Part shown: in pieces, positions 16,125 to 16,249 of the stretch
Position numbering within the stretch: the stretch's first letter is position 1
Layout: every line of letters starts with the position of its first letter
Assembly (NCBI GenBank): GCA_963977445.1
Contig: CAXBPH010000153.1
Coordinates: 1 to 16,249, forward strand
DNA: 16,249 nt
Direction of reading: 5' to 3'
Origin: an uncultured bacterium
Lineage (GTDB): Bacteria; Hydrogenedentota; Hydrogenedentia; Hydrogenedentales; JAEUWI01
Notes under the pieces: generated by a model
Databases searched by the model: none
Seen by the model: only the letters and a program-made list of their open reading frames with translations
What the model was told of the DNA's origin: nothing
Position numbers and translations under genes: made by a program

Positions 16125-16249
16125 CTGAAGTACGTGGAGGCAGGGCAATGTTGTCTTGGTACCGGGGATGCAGTGGGTAGGCTGGGTGTCTTGTCAGGTC
16201 GGGGCCGTCCCCAGAGGTGGACCCCATTGCTTGGACGCTAGATCGTGTT

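Noticed and set aside
15984..16241. 85-aa ORF at the window end
   Set aside because: TTG start without an SD, no motifs, and it runs through palindromic repeat DNA.
16005..16249. CRISPR array
   Set aside because: No identical repeats with regular unique spacers, and no cas genes.

Overview
Bacterial chromosomal window of moderately high GC. The gene repertoire (Tat sulfatase, DUF1080, C-terminally extended ECF sigma factor, Hanks kinase, type III PKS) suggests a PVC-group or Hydrogenedentota-like organism; this is inference only. Left part (1-12515): the 5' end of an ABC ATPase (minus strand, absent from the ORF track), hemN, a HemY/HemG-type oxidase and a Tat-exported Cys-type sulfatase. 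These are followed by a minus-strand unit of a membrane-anchored ECF sigma factor with a discoidin-like C-terminal domain, a 6-TM protein and a DUF1080 protein. Divergent from that unit are a membrane Ser/Thr kinase and a rhodanese, then a stand-alone type III PKS. Right part (12516-16249) looks like an accessory locus with three tandem exported helical proteins, two of which are diverged paralogs. Between the paralogs lies a decayed REP-associated tyrosine transposase (RAYT/IS200-like) fragment. Related GACTGCAC-core palindromes flank the last gene, including a perfect 22-bp palindrome, and a leucine-rich-repeat gene scrap follows it. The two most interesting candidates are the RAYT/palindrome-associated array of exported paralogs and the one-component membrane ECF facing a membrane kinase.
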